DNA from: Epiperipatus broadwayi
Lineage: Eukaryota > Animalia > Onychophora
Length of the DNA stretch: 64,000 nucleotides
Reading direction: 5' to 3'
Assembly: GCA_028023455.1 (NCBI GenBank)
Contig: JAQFVV010000005.1
Coordinates: 13,516,001 to 13,580,000 of the forward strand
Shown: positions 51,591 to 63,785 of the stretch, piece by piece
Layout: the number at the start of each line of letters is the position of its first letter
How positions within the stretch are numbered: position 1 is the stretch's first letter
The notes under the pieces: generated by a model
Seen by the model: only the letters and a program-made list of their open reading frames with translations
Told to the model about the DNA's origin: nothing
Database searches by the model: none
Made by a program: the position numbers and the translations under genes

Positions 51591-52394
51591 TACCATAAAT
51601 AAAACAAAATTCTCAAACTCCTATTTTTATGATGTACAATTTATTTTATTGCCAATCTCAATTCTTCCTTCTATATCTATAATGATTATCTTTAGTCTTT
51701 ATATAAATTCTTTCACAGCAGTTCATTTATACAGTTTTACCATAACTTGAGGACCACCAGTTAAAAATTTCTAATAACTGCAAAGATTTAAAAAAATTTT
51801 TTCTTTCTTTTCCTTTCTTCAAAACCCTATCATTTAACATTAGTAAAAATATATATCTTGTTATTTTTTGATGGAAAGTAACAAAAAAAAAAAAAAAGTA
51901 AAGAATGTTAATTAGCATAATACATATTTCATTGTGGAAAAAAAATCCTCAAATGTCCCTGAAGCCTAATATTAAATATCCAATAATATACAGAAGTTAT
52001 TTAACAACAAAAATTTAATTTTTTAATTATCATGCAACCATTTCATGATTCAATCCATATGCTTGTGATTATAGGTAATTAACACATTAATTAACATTTA
52101 AAATATTATATTAATTAATTAATATGCATAATACAACTTTTTTTTCTTTCTGAGTCATAGTATTGATTTCATTTTGTTTTTTGGTAATTTTCAGTATAAT
52201 TTTTAAACTCCTATTGGCATTAATTTAATTTCGACTTTTTTTTTTGTAACTTATTTTCTTTACTGATAAAAGGGAAGGGATGAGAAAAGAAATGCTTATT
52301 ATTAAAACCCATCTCCTACCCCCCGCAAAGTCAGCTTCTGACTCTTTTGTTTCAGTTCTAATTACCTATTGTCATTGGTAAAGAGAGAATTGCT

Positions 52395-53407
52395 AATATA
52401 AGATAAAGTAATCAAAACATTCAAGATTGTAAAGTTCTTAATAAATTCAACCCAGGAAGTGATCATTGATTAGTAAGGTGTAAGATACATGTTAATGCAA
52501 AACAAGAGACAAAAATTAAAACAATATTCATAATTGATATTCCTAATCTTCAGAAACATTCCAATTAATTTAAATTAAAACTTGCAAATCATTTTCAAAT
52601 ATTATCAGATTTTGAACATGATTCAGATATGAACAAATTCAATAGGAAAATAACTGATGCATTTTTAAAAACAATGACAAAGATAGTTGATACAAAAAAG
52701 CAGCAATTAACCAGTAAAATTTCTTCTCAGACAAGACAATTTATGATGAAAAAGAATATGAAAATATATAAAAATGATGCATTAAGAAGGATTGAATATC
52801 TCAAATTTTATAAAGTGGTGCAAAAAAAAGTTAATAATAATAGAAGAGAATAAGTCTGAAGAATATAAAACAACATCTTTGTATTGGTAGGAAACTTATT
52901 TCTGCAATAAGAAAAAAGATGGAACTATTGCTAAAAAGAGAGATGACATCATGAACTGTGTAGAAGACTTCTATCAAGAATTAAATAGCAATAAAGAACA
53001 AGACAAAGTATATACTGCAACTACTGTATCTTCTGAATTGCCCAGGATTTTAAATGAAGAAGTTAAACATACAATTAAATTTATGAAGATGGGAAAAGCT
53101 CCAGATAATGATGGAATTATAATCAATATCTTAAAAAAAGCATGTGAAGACACATAAAAATTTTTGGCACAATTATATACCAAATATCTAAATAATAAAG
53201 ATGTATCAGATAATTGGAAGAATGTACTATTAATATTTTAAAAAGGTGATAAAGATATTAAAAATTATAAACCTATCAATCTTTTATCAGTTCTATACAA
53301 AATTTTCACCAAAATAATTACAGTTCATCTGCAGCGAACTTTGGACTTTAACAAACCAAAAAAACAAGCTGGATTTAAAAGTGATTTTAGTACAGTGGAT
53401 CATATTA
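52395..53407 (+). mobile_element. Degraded RTE-clade LINE, 5' portion (continues at 56178)
   Basis: Matches 61290-62328 (MKMGKAPDNDGI, NYKPINLLSV). Breaks at GATCATAT (DH-I). Confidence 0.88.
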
Positions 53408-53660
53408 TACAGGTCACCACGTCCTACCTCCAACGTGACCTTAGATCATGGAAAAAACTCCGAGCCATCCTGATCTTCATTTGATTTGAGATCAGTTTGG
53501 ATTCGAACCCTGTCCCAAGATCCTAGATCAAACCCCAAAGTATGACTTATAATGACCGTACAATGATAATATGTGCCACTAACTAGCTCAATGGATATTA
53601 TTATTAATGAGACTACTTAACTGATTCTAAATAACGCAGGATAGAACCATTCACGGATAT
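53408..53660 (-). mobile_element. Possible tRNA-derived SINE-like sequence at the edge of a 2.8-kb insertion
   Basis: Minus-strand B-box GGTTCGAATCC (53499-53509) and A-box-like TAGTTAGTGG (about 53576-53585). No full cloverleaf. Terminal hairpin GGTCAC/GTGACC. Confidence 0.4.
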
Positions 53661-56177
53661 CTCTGCGTAAATCAATATATATATATATGGGTTGCCAAAC
53701 AACAGTGAACATTAATACTTAATCTAATTAATGAATAATGATGGGTCAGACACCAAGTATAATATATATTTAATACAAGCAATGATCAAATAAATAATGA
53801 TGATGATCTGCATAACTTATCTCTAGTTTAAAACATGAAATTACAATATACAAGGCTAATGGCATTTTTTTATACATGACAATAATTAATACATAAATAC
53901 TGAAGGAATAAATATATATATATATATATATGTCTAATCTATACTCCGACAAAACAGACATGTGTGATTACAATATGTATAGCATATGCCAAATGAATTA
54001 TGTATGTTAACTATTAATTTGATATTTGTCTAGAAAGAAAATACGCTTCTAATTTATAAAAAGAAAAATAAAGAAATCGAGATTTATCTCCCACTCCTCT
54101 ATAAATCACTTCATGGAAAGCATGAAAAATACAAAGGCATGACTTCAATTAAATACCGAGCAAAGTGCGATTATTTCATTTTTCATAGAGATATAAAATA
54201 ATTTGATTTTAAAAGGGATCAATTCGTCACGAATTACAAAGCAACAATACCGGCTGTTATTTGAATTCAGCAATGAAAACGGTAGTAACACATTATGAGT
54301 ATTGAAACAAAGATGAAGTGAATGGTTTTGTTGACGATTCAAGAAGACTAATGACTACTTGTCTCAACAAGCACATTTGCCATGTGAATAGTTGTGGAAC
54401 ATGGGGAAAGCCAGGTTGGGAATTAGCCACAAACCTTTGCCAGCAATGTTAGGAACAAAAATAATATAATCGTCATGATATTAAATTTAAAGCCCAAATT
54501 ATATAATATAAATGCTTGACGTGATGACTTGGTCAATAAGATTAAAATCAAATTTATGATAGGCAAATGCCTGAACCCAATTATATAATAATACCCATTA
54601 TATCATGCTCTCCCCAAACACAAACCCTGGAAGATCAGGATTAACTCAGAAAATATATTTCTCTCCCTTACAAAACTTTGTCAAATCCTTAAAGAATTCA
54701 AATTAACACATGCGAATAATTTTGTTTAAAAATTAAATGAACCTAGTCAGAAGCATAGTAGCTAAAAGTTAAGCTAATAGAATTTATATCAGCTGTTGGT
54801 AAAATTATTTCAAATAATTAAATAAATCTTTCAACCCGATAATTAATAGAACTATTATTAATTTAGTTCTCATAGGCAAGAAATAGGCTATAAAATTTTA
54901 TACGGTAAATTAAACGAAAACATGATCGAGTTGAAAGCCTTATTGGCATATCATATCGCAATTAAATAACATTAATAATCATTAAAACAAATACAAGTAA
55001 GAGTTAGTAAAAATAGACCGCCATGAGAGGAGAAAGAAAATTATCAAAGTATTAATTTAGGACTAGAGATATAACGATATAGAGAATTACTGTGTAACAA
55101 TTTTAAGCATAATAAAATGAATAACAAGATTTAAGGCAATAATCATTTTTAACATAATTAACGAGATATAGTTCATGAATAGATTGAAAAGTTGCGGTTT
55201 AATCAAATATTAAAAATTACCAGTCCTTCATGTCTTGCTTGTTGATTCAGGAGCACAGAGTCCGGTTAGATTTAGAAGAAAACATAGGTGCGCACTTAAC
55301 TCAAATAAAATTCATTTTATAGATTAGTTTCATTATGGATTTTAAGCAGCTTATGATTTGGTATTGGAGAGTTCTATTTTAGCAGCAACATTTGAAGATT
55401 TATTGGGGAACTTCCGAGATCCAGCAATCAGATTCCCAAAGTTAGCCGCATACTATACTGCGAATACGGTTAAGGTTCAATATTAAAACGGACATAATTT
55501 CCAGTGCCAACTCTTCTTAAAATTGAAAGTAATGGCTGCTTCTAGATAATTTTTCAGGGTATTTATCTCCTTTTCACGATTTTCCCACCCATTCTGATTT
55601 CTATGCCTTTCAGCTAAAGCTTTTATCTTGTTACCAAAAGGAATTTTCTCTAATTGAAATACGATCCATTACCTAGATAAGACTTTTAAATCCCTTATTT
55701 TGAATTCATTTTCTACTTAGAAAATGAATTCGCAAAATCTATACAAACGATTTTAAATTAGACCCGCCCTTAAACTTTAACTTGTCATTTTAAACTAATT
55801 AATGAAGAATTCCCCATTGTCTTTGGAAAAAGGGCGATTTAAAACTTATCGATCGAAGGAATGTGACTTTTAATCGTAAAAGTTTGGACAAAATTGCAAA
55901 ATATAAAATAAACACTCCAATGTATTCTTAATAGCATTATTTGTTAATATTTTACCATGAGGTAACTGGTAACATTAATAGAGTTAAATATAACACAGTT
56001 AGTTTTAATAAATATTTAAATAACAAAGCAGTTTTAACTGAAGTCAGACGTATAGGGAAAAGGGTATAAAATCTCATTACAGAATTTGGAAGGATTCACG
56101 ATTAGTAATGGGGTTTAAACTAGGTAAAGAGGTGTAACATCATAAAGCTTGCATCGAACTTAGATCCGACTGCTTCA

Positions 56178-57190
56178 ATATCCAAGTATTGAGAGAATTT
56201 ATAGAAAGGACAAATGAATATGAGTTGCCATTATGTTTTGGATTTATTGATTATGAAAAGGCAAAACATTAAGATTGACCCCAGGATATTGTTATATGCT
56301 GAAGAATATTTATAAAAATGCACCATCAACAATTAGATTACATAATGATACTAAAAAAAATAATATTAAGAAGGGTGTATGACAGGGAGACTCCATATCT
56401 CCAAAATTTTTTATAGAAGTTTTGCAAAGTAATTTGTGGATTAAAATGGGAAGCTAAGGGAGTAAAAGTAAATGGAGATTATTTAAAGTCATCTAGATTT
56501 TGCAGATAATGTAGATGTTTTTGCAAATAATACTTTAGAGCTTCAGGAAATGTTGCAAAAGTTATCAGATGAAAGTAAAAAAGTAGGATACAAAGTAAAT
56601 GTAAAAAGACTAAAGTAATGTTCAAAGGATTTTCCCAAAAGATGAAAATAAAGATTGATAATGACTACAAATGGAAACACAATACTTGAAATTAATAATA
56701 GAATTAAACTTAGTTGGAGTGCTTTTGGTAGAAATAACTTAATATTAAAAGAAAATATGCCTATATCTTTGAAAAGGAAAGTTTTTAATACATATGTTTT
56801 ACCAATTCTTACTTGTGGATCTGTGACTTGGACACATAACAAAAGAGCAATACAGACTTCAGACCACAGAACGAAGTATGGAGAAGCACATATTAGAAAT
56901 AAGAAGAGATCAAAACTAAAATACATGGATGAGAGAACAAGTGTTATTGACATCATTGAAAGAATTAAGAAACTGAAGTGCAGTTGGGCTCGATATATTG
57001 CTAGAAGAGATATTAATAAATGGCAGTTGAAACCTTAAATTGCATTCCAAGAGATTGTAAAAGACTATATGTGAGATGGATGGATGAAATAAGGAAGTGT
57101 GCTTGGGTGATGTGGAGAAGAGAGACTAGAAATCGGGAAAGATGGGTTGAACTTGGAAACCTTCATCCTGCAATGGATTGATAATGGTTT
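56178..57190 (+). mobile_element. Degraded RTE-clade LINE, 3' portion
   Basis: Resumes at ATCCAAGTATTGAGAGAA (IQVLRE) and matches 62329-63450. Confidence 0.88.
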
Positions 57191-57530
57191 GTGTGATTCT
57201 CACACAAACAAAAAAGATATTTCCATAGATTTTTGTTTTGATTCTAAATATGTAACTTTATTATTAGTGATTCACAAATATTTCACGATGCACTGCTGTG
57301 TTGCCAGATATTTTGGACTACTTTGCTATCATTACAAAGAGTTCATAATAAATTTGAGTAAAATTTATTAAACTCTATAATACTGATGAACAGATGGAAC
57401 TTATATTTTAAAAAAGCTGTATTTGTGCTGTAGCAAAGAAACTTATATGAGGAAACAATTTTTTTAAAAGAAAGCCCTAAGCTGCAAAAAAGTTAAAACT
57501 AAATAATTTTTGTTTTTTATTTAAAATGTT

Positions 57531-58228
57531 ATATATGTCAATGAATACATCAAACTTCATTTTAAAAGTTCTTTTTTATGACTATAATAAAAATAAAATA
57601 CATCCAACATATGACTTTTATATAATCATTTTCAAGGAAGACTAAAAAATAAAAAATACAAATATAAATATATAATAATAAATATCACATATTCCAAACA
57701 AATGCAAAAAATATTAAAAAATACTAAAAATTCTCTTTACTTCAACAACTTTTTTTATTACAAACAATCTCAACTTAATCAAATTTTTTACATTTATATA
57801 CCCATCCAAAAAAAATACCTTAAAAACATTTAATTAACAAACTTATTATTTTCTTTTTTCTTTTCTATTAACATCCTGTTAATTTACATTAATGAATTTA
57901 AACTTGAATTAAACAGAATGTTAAAAGAAAAGAAAATAATAGGTTTGTTAATTAAATGTTTTTAAGGTATTTTTGATGGGTATATGAATGTAAAAAATTT
58001 GAGTGAGATTATTTGCAATAGAAAAAGGTGTTGAGTAAAGAAAATTTTTAATATTTTTTGCATTTGTTTGAATATGTGATATTTATTATTTTATATTTTT
58101 TATTTTTTAGTGTTCCTTGAAAAAGACTATATAAAATAGTCGAAACATTGGATGTATTTTATTTTTATTATAGTCATATAAAAACAAGTTTTAAAAATAA
58201 GAGATTTGATATATTCATTGACATCTAT
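57531..58228. repeat. About 700-bp near-perfect palindrome; arms resemble Penelope 3' ends and carry a hammerhead remnant
   Basis: Arms of about 340 bp pair around about 57890. The right arm has TCC-TTGAAAA-A-GACTAT..ATAGTC-GAAA. Confidence 0.85.
58114..58152 (+). ncRNA. Degenerate minimal hammerhead, U3-A8 core variant
   Basis: TCC-TTGAAAA-A-GACTAT-ATAAA-ATAGTC-GAAA-CATT-GGA. The mirror arm keeps ATGTTGGA, so the consensus stem III is ACATGT (inferred). Confidence 0.5.
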
Positions 58229-58396
58229 GGAAAATTATAAACTATTTTGAAAAGAAAAAATGTGTAGATGATAATTTAAATTCATTAAAATGTTATGTAT
58301 ATCATATTTAATAATTGTATGAAGTTTTTTTAAATTTGAAATTTTTATATATAATTTGAGATCATAGGCATGCAACAATTAGCTTTAACTTTATTT

Positions 58397-59289
58397 GGTA
58401 CTGTGGTATTAGAGCTGCGACATGAAGAATTATAATCGTTTAATCATTAAATGAATTAGGTTATTAAATCAAAAATATATTTTAAAATCTACATTTAAAA
58501 AAAAACAACAATTTAACAAAAAAAAATACAAAAAGCATTAATGTGAAGAATAGTTAAAATGCTGGTTTAAATCAAATTAAGTGTGTGTTTGCACGTGCAT
58601 ATTCTGCATAATCTATTTTAATACATTGTACAGGCTTACATCTGCATTTATATATGTAATATATGCGGGATTCGAACTCAGACTTTCACACGACCTACAA
58701 CTCTCAGTGCCGTCTTATATTACAGACTCACCTAATCACACACATGTTGAAAAGATAAATATTCATCAATACACATATTTCGTGCTAAACCAGCACTCAT
58801 TAAAGTATGAAGATTGGTTATCTTACTATAAAGCTGAGTACTAATTGTATATATGTGTGGAGATAGTAATCTGAACCAACTGATGAGTGCTGGTTTAGCA
58901 CGAAATACGTATATCGGTGATTATTTATTTTTTCAACATGTGTGTGATCAGGTGAGTCAGCAATATAAGATGGCACTGAGAGTTGTAGATCGTGTGAAAG
59001 TCTGAGTTCGAATCCCGCATATATTACATATATAAATGCAGGTGTAAGCTTGTACAATGTATTAAAATAGATTATGCAGAATATGCACGTGCAAACATAC
59101 ACTCAATTTGATTTAAACACGCATTTTAACTATTCTTCATATTAATGCTTTCCTTATTTTTTTTTTTTTGTTAAATTGTTTTTTTTTTTAAATGTAGATT
59201 TTAAAATATGTTTTTGATTTAATAACCTAATTAATTTAATGATTAAACGATTATAATTCTTCATGTCGCAGCTCTAAAACCACAGTTCC
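58397..59289. mobile_element. 893-bp foldback element, arms about 400 bp, 8-bp TSD
   Basis: Ends GGTACTGTGG / CCACAGTTCC. TSD CTTTATTT at 58389-58396 and 59290-59297. Spacer about 80 bp. Confidence 0.88.
58875..58918 (+). ncRNA. Minimal type I hammerhead ribozyme, canonical core
   Basis: ACCAA-CTGATGA-GTGCT-GGTTT-AGCAC-GAAA-TACGTA-TA/TCGGT, with palindromic stem III ATACGTAT and one mismatch in stem I. Confidence 0.85.
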
Positions 59290-60173
59290 CTTTATTTAAA
59301 TTTCTTTTTAATGTTAATTATTTATATTCCTTTTTTATTATTATTACTTATAATATTTTAAATAATTTATACAGTATTATAAACTGCTAAAAAAAATTTT
59401 CATTTTTTCACAAACAAACAAAATTGCTTTATTGAAAATACTGTATATGTTGGATAAAGTGCACACTTTTTTTGATAAAATTGGAAAAATAAAAAGTACA
59501 CAAAGATAAAAGCAAATTCAAAAAACGAGTAAATATATATTTATAAGGTATTTAATATTTTTATTAATATGCATAATCCACTAATTTTTAAATTAAAATA
59601 TATCACAGTTGTATGTACATATGTATATAATGTTAAAATAACTGCATATGCTTAAAATGTTTATTATGTATTGATGGCTAGTATCTGCAAATTCATGTTA
59701 TCCACTAACGGAAATGCATTACTGTAGGTATATAAATTAAATACTTTGTAAAGGAACCTTAAGCCCCATTTAAAAATATTATAATAAATTTTAAGATTAA
59801 AATATGTAATAATGAATTACATACGCAGTTATAAATATGTAATAAATGAAAGACTGATCACTCGGTTCAATGTGTAGAACAAAATCTTTTAAAATTTAAT
59901 TTATACTATCATCTCCATAGTTTCTGACATTAGGATTCACTATCTATGATTAAAAAAAAAAAGTAGCAAGAATAAAATATAAATTCAAAGCCATAAATTT
60001 CATATACTCTTCTGCTATACTGTATTTATGAATGCTGTCAGAAATCACTTTTTGAACATTTCCTCTTCTTGGGCTTAGTCACTGTACTTTTTCAAATTGG
60101 AACTGTCATTTTTGATCTCTTTTAATACATATATATTAAACATGTTTATTAACATCCTGTATATATAATCATT

Positions 60174-60339
60174 GGCTGCAGAAAGGAGTTTGCTATTAAC
60201 TGAAAGGAGACCCTTTGATTCCTCTTGGAGGCCTTAAAGGAACCGAGCAGGGCAAATTCCTAATGTCCACTCCATACGTTCTTGTCGTTGCAGCTGTTAT
60301 TACTATATGTTTATTCATATAGTATACGAACATGGATGG
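60174..60339 (+). ncRNA. HDV-like (CPEB3-type) self-cleaving ribozyme at the RTE 5' end
   Basis: P1 GGCTGCA/TGCAGCT with G1-U wobble. P2 TCCAT/ATGGA. P3 ACG/CGT with L3 TTCTTGT. P1.1 followed by GT. P4 TACTATATG/CATATAGTA. J4/2 CGAAC with the catalytic C at 60327. Confidence 0.88.
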
Positions 60340-60465
60340 GCTGCTCACCAACACGCATTAGCCAGCGTGGTGAGTTTATTGGCTTTTTACCTCTGAGTTT
60401 AAGATCAAGAAACACCATGGTCTTTCTTCTCAGTGCCTGATAAGGCAGAATGAATGTTTGTGTAA

Positions 60466-63453
60466 ATGATAAAGATTTTTCCCAATTATACAATTATGAC
60501 AGACAAAAATAAAGCATGGCCCTTAATCCCAGGAGGCTGTAAAGTCACCAACCAAGGCAGCGGTTGGTGGCCGAAGGCGGAGGGTGCTAAGAATATCCTG
60601 GAGGCGGACCCAGGCTGCCATTTGATGACGACTTTTTATTTAGGTACTTACAACTGCAGATCACTTTCAAGTGAAGGAAGATTGCAAGAATTAGAAGAAG
60701 AACTCTCTTATATTAAATGGGATATTATTGGACTTTGTGAAGTTAGAAGAAAAGGTGAAGAGACAATTGATTTAAAAAGTGGACATATGCTCTATTATAA
60801 AGGCACAAATATTGGAAATACAAGTGGAGTAGGATTCATTATAAATAAAAAGTGGAAGAACAATATTGTGGAGATTGATGGTGTATCAGACAGAGTGGCA
60901 AGATTAGTTATACAACTTAATAGCAGATATCAAATGCAGATAATTCAGGTTTATGCCCCAACAAGTTCTCACAGTGATGAAGTAGTAGAAGATTTTTATA
61001 TGGATGTACAAAAGGCTTTTGATCAGAGTAAACAACATTTTAAAATTGTTATGGGAGATTTTAATGCTAGAATTGGTAAACAAATGAAAGATGAAAGTGT
61101 TGTAGGTAATTTTGGTTATGGTAATAGAAATGAGAGAGGACATAGACTTGTGGAGTTTGCAGAGAAGGAAAAACTTTATATTATGAATTCTTTTTTTGAG
61201 AAAAATGTTAGAAGGAAATGGACATGGAAGCATCCAAATGAAGGTACAGCAGAATTGGATTATATTTTGACTAACAGGAAATACATATTTCAAGATTGTA
61301 ATGTTCTTAATAAATTTAACACAGGAAGTGATCATCGATTAGTAAGGGTAAGATACATGTTAATGTAAAACTAGAGAGACAAAAATTATTAAGAAAAACT
61401 ATATTTACAGTTGATATTCCTAATCTTCAGAAACATTCTAATGAATTTAAATTAGAACTTACAAATCGGTTTCAAGTATTAGTAGATTTTGAACATGATT
61501 CAGATTTGAATGAAATTAATATGAAAATAACTGATACACTTTTAAAAACTGCAACAAAGATAGCTGGTAGAAAAAAGCAGCAATTGACTAATAAAATTTC
61601 TACTGAGACTAGAGAACTTATGAAGAAAAGAAGGAATATGAAGATATGCAAGAATGATGCATTAAAAAGAATTGAATATCTCGAATTTTGTAAAATGGTG
61701 CGGAAAAGAGTTGAAAATGATATAAGAAAGTATAACTGTGAACTAGCAAGAAAAGCTGTAGAAGAAAATAAAAGTCTTAAGAATGTAAAACAACATTTTG
61801 GTATTGGTAGGAAATTTATATCTGCAATAAGGAAAAAAGATGGAATTATTACTAAAAAGAGGGATGACATTATGAAATTGGTAGAAGATTTTTATCAAGA
61901 ATTATATAGTAATAAAGAACAAGTACCTCCTATATCTATTACATCTTCCGAATTGCCAGAATTTTAAATGAAGAAGTGAGAAATGCAATTAAATGTATGA
62001 AAAAAGGAAAGGCTCCAGGTAATGATGGAATTATAATTGATATATTAAAAGAAGCAGGTGAAGAAACAGAAAAAATATTAGCAAAGTTATATACCAAATG
62101 TCTAAATGATAAAGATGTACCGGATGATTGGAAGAATGCAGTAATAATATTAATATTTAAAAAAGGTGATAAAGAAGATATTAGAAATTACAGACCTATC
62201 AGCCTTTTATCAGTTTTATATAAAATTTTTACCAAGATAATTACAACTCGTCTACAGAGAACCTTAGATTTTCACCAACCAAGAGAACAAGATGGATTTA
62301 AAAGTGGTTTTAGTACAGTAGATCATATCTCAAGTATTGAGAGAAGTTATAGAAAGGACAAATGAATATGAGTTGTCATTATGTTTTGGATTTGTAGATT
62401 ATGAAAAGGCATTTGATTCTATAAACATTTCTTCAGTGATTAAAGCATTGGATCATCAAGGTATAGATCCAGGATATTGTCATATTTTAAAGAATATTTA
62501 TAAAAATGCAACAGCAACAATTAGATTACATAATGATACTGGGAAAGTCAACATTGAGAAAGGTGTAAGACAAGGTGACTCCATATCTCCAAAACTTTTT
62601 ACAGCAGTGCTGCAAGAAGTATTTTGTGGATTAAAATGGGAAACTAAAGGAGTGAAAGTAAATGGAGATTATTTAAGTCATTTAGATTTCGCAGATGATG
62701 TAGTTGTTTTTGCAAATAATGCTTCCGAGCTGCAGGAAATGTTGCAGGAGTTATCAGATGAAAGTAGGAAAGTAGGACTAAAGATAAATGTTAAAAAGAC
62801 TAAAGTAATGTTTAATCGATTTGCTCAAAATATGAAAATAAAGATTGATTATGATGAATTAAAAGAAGTTAAGAGTTACAAATACCTTGGTCAGATTATT
62901 AATACAGATGGAAACATAATAGAGGAAATTAATCATAGAATTAAACTTGGTTGGAGTGCTTTTGGTAGAAATAACTTGATATTAAAAGGAAATATGCCTA
63001 TGTGTTTGAAAAGAAAGGTTTTTAACAAATGTGTTTTACCAGTTCTTACTTATGGATCTGAGACTTGGGACACTTAATAGAAGATCAATACAGAGACTTC
63101 AGACCACTCAAAGAAGTATGGAGAGATGTATGTTGGGAGTAACAAGAAGAGATCGAAAACGCAATGTATGGGTAAGAGAACAAACAGGTGTTACTGACCT
63201 CATTGAAAAAATTAAAAGATTGAAGTGGAGTTGGGCTGGACATATTGCTAGAAGAGATGATAATAGATGGACAATTGAAATTTTAAACTGGATTCCAAGA
63301 GATTGTAAAAGACCCAGAAGGAGACCACATGTAAGATGGATGGATGAAATAAGAAAATGTGTAGGGGTGATGTGGAGAAGAGAAGCTAAAGATCGGAGAA
63401 GATGGATTAAACTTGGAGAGACCTTCATCCTGCAGTGTATTGATAATGGTTGA
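60466..63453 (+). pseudogene. RTE APE endonuclease-reverse transcriptase ORF, frameshifted
   Basis: GTYNCRSL, IIGLCEVRR, QVYAPT, MGDFNA, GSDHRLV, NYRPISLLS, DYEKAFDS, VRQGDSISP and DFADD. Confidence 0.95.
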
Positions 63454-63683
63454 TAATGATGATGATGATATATAATCATTCATATATTTATATTTATTAT
63501 TTACATATGCATATAAATCTTGGAAGACAGTAATTTTTATACCCATAATTTAAAATGAAGTTTGTTGCAATTCTAAAAACACTCAAAAATTTAAAAATAC
63601 ACAGTTGATACAAAGAATTACATAGCATCAAATTGGTTTAAATAATTACATAGTATATTTTCCAATCATTTTTAGAAATTTAC

Positions 63684-63785
63684 CCTGTATCTTTCAAGCT
63701 GAACTAAGATTCATAGTTGTATAATGGCACTCGAAGGTTAATCACATCAACTCTCTGAACATTTTCTGATTCACCAATTCAGTAC
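63684..63785 (-). other. Candidate exon of a minus-strand host transcript
   Basis: TTTTATTTTTTGCAG|GTACT...ACAGG|GTAAAT. The segment is 102 nt with stops in all three frames, so it would be non-coding or terminal if real. Confidence 0.25.

Larger units (their letters stand above)
60174..63467 (+). mobile_element. Full-length RTE-clade LINE (few frameshifts)
   Basis: 13-bp TSD ATATATAATCATT at 60161-60173 and 63468-63480. (GAT)n tail. Single APE-RT ORF. Confidence 0.95.

Noticed and set aside
58945-59025. tRNA gene (also 53490-53590, minus strand)
   Set aside because: A B-box is present, but T-stem and acceptor-stem pairing fail, so there is no cloverleaf.
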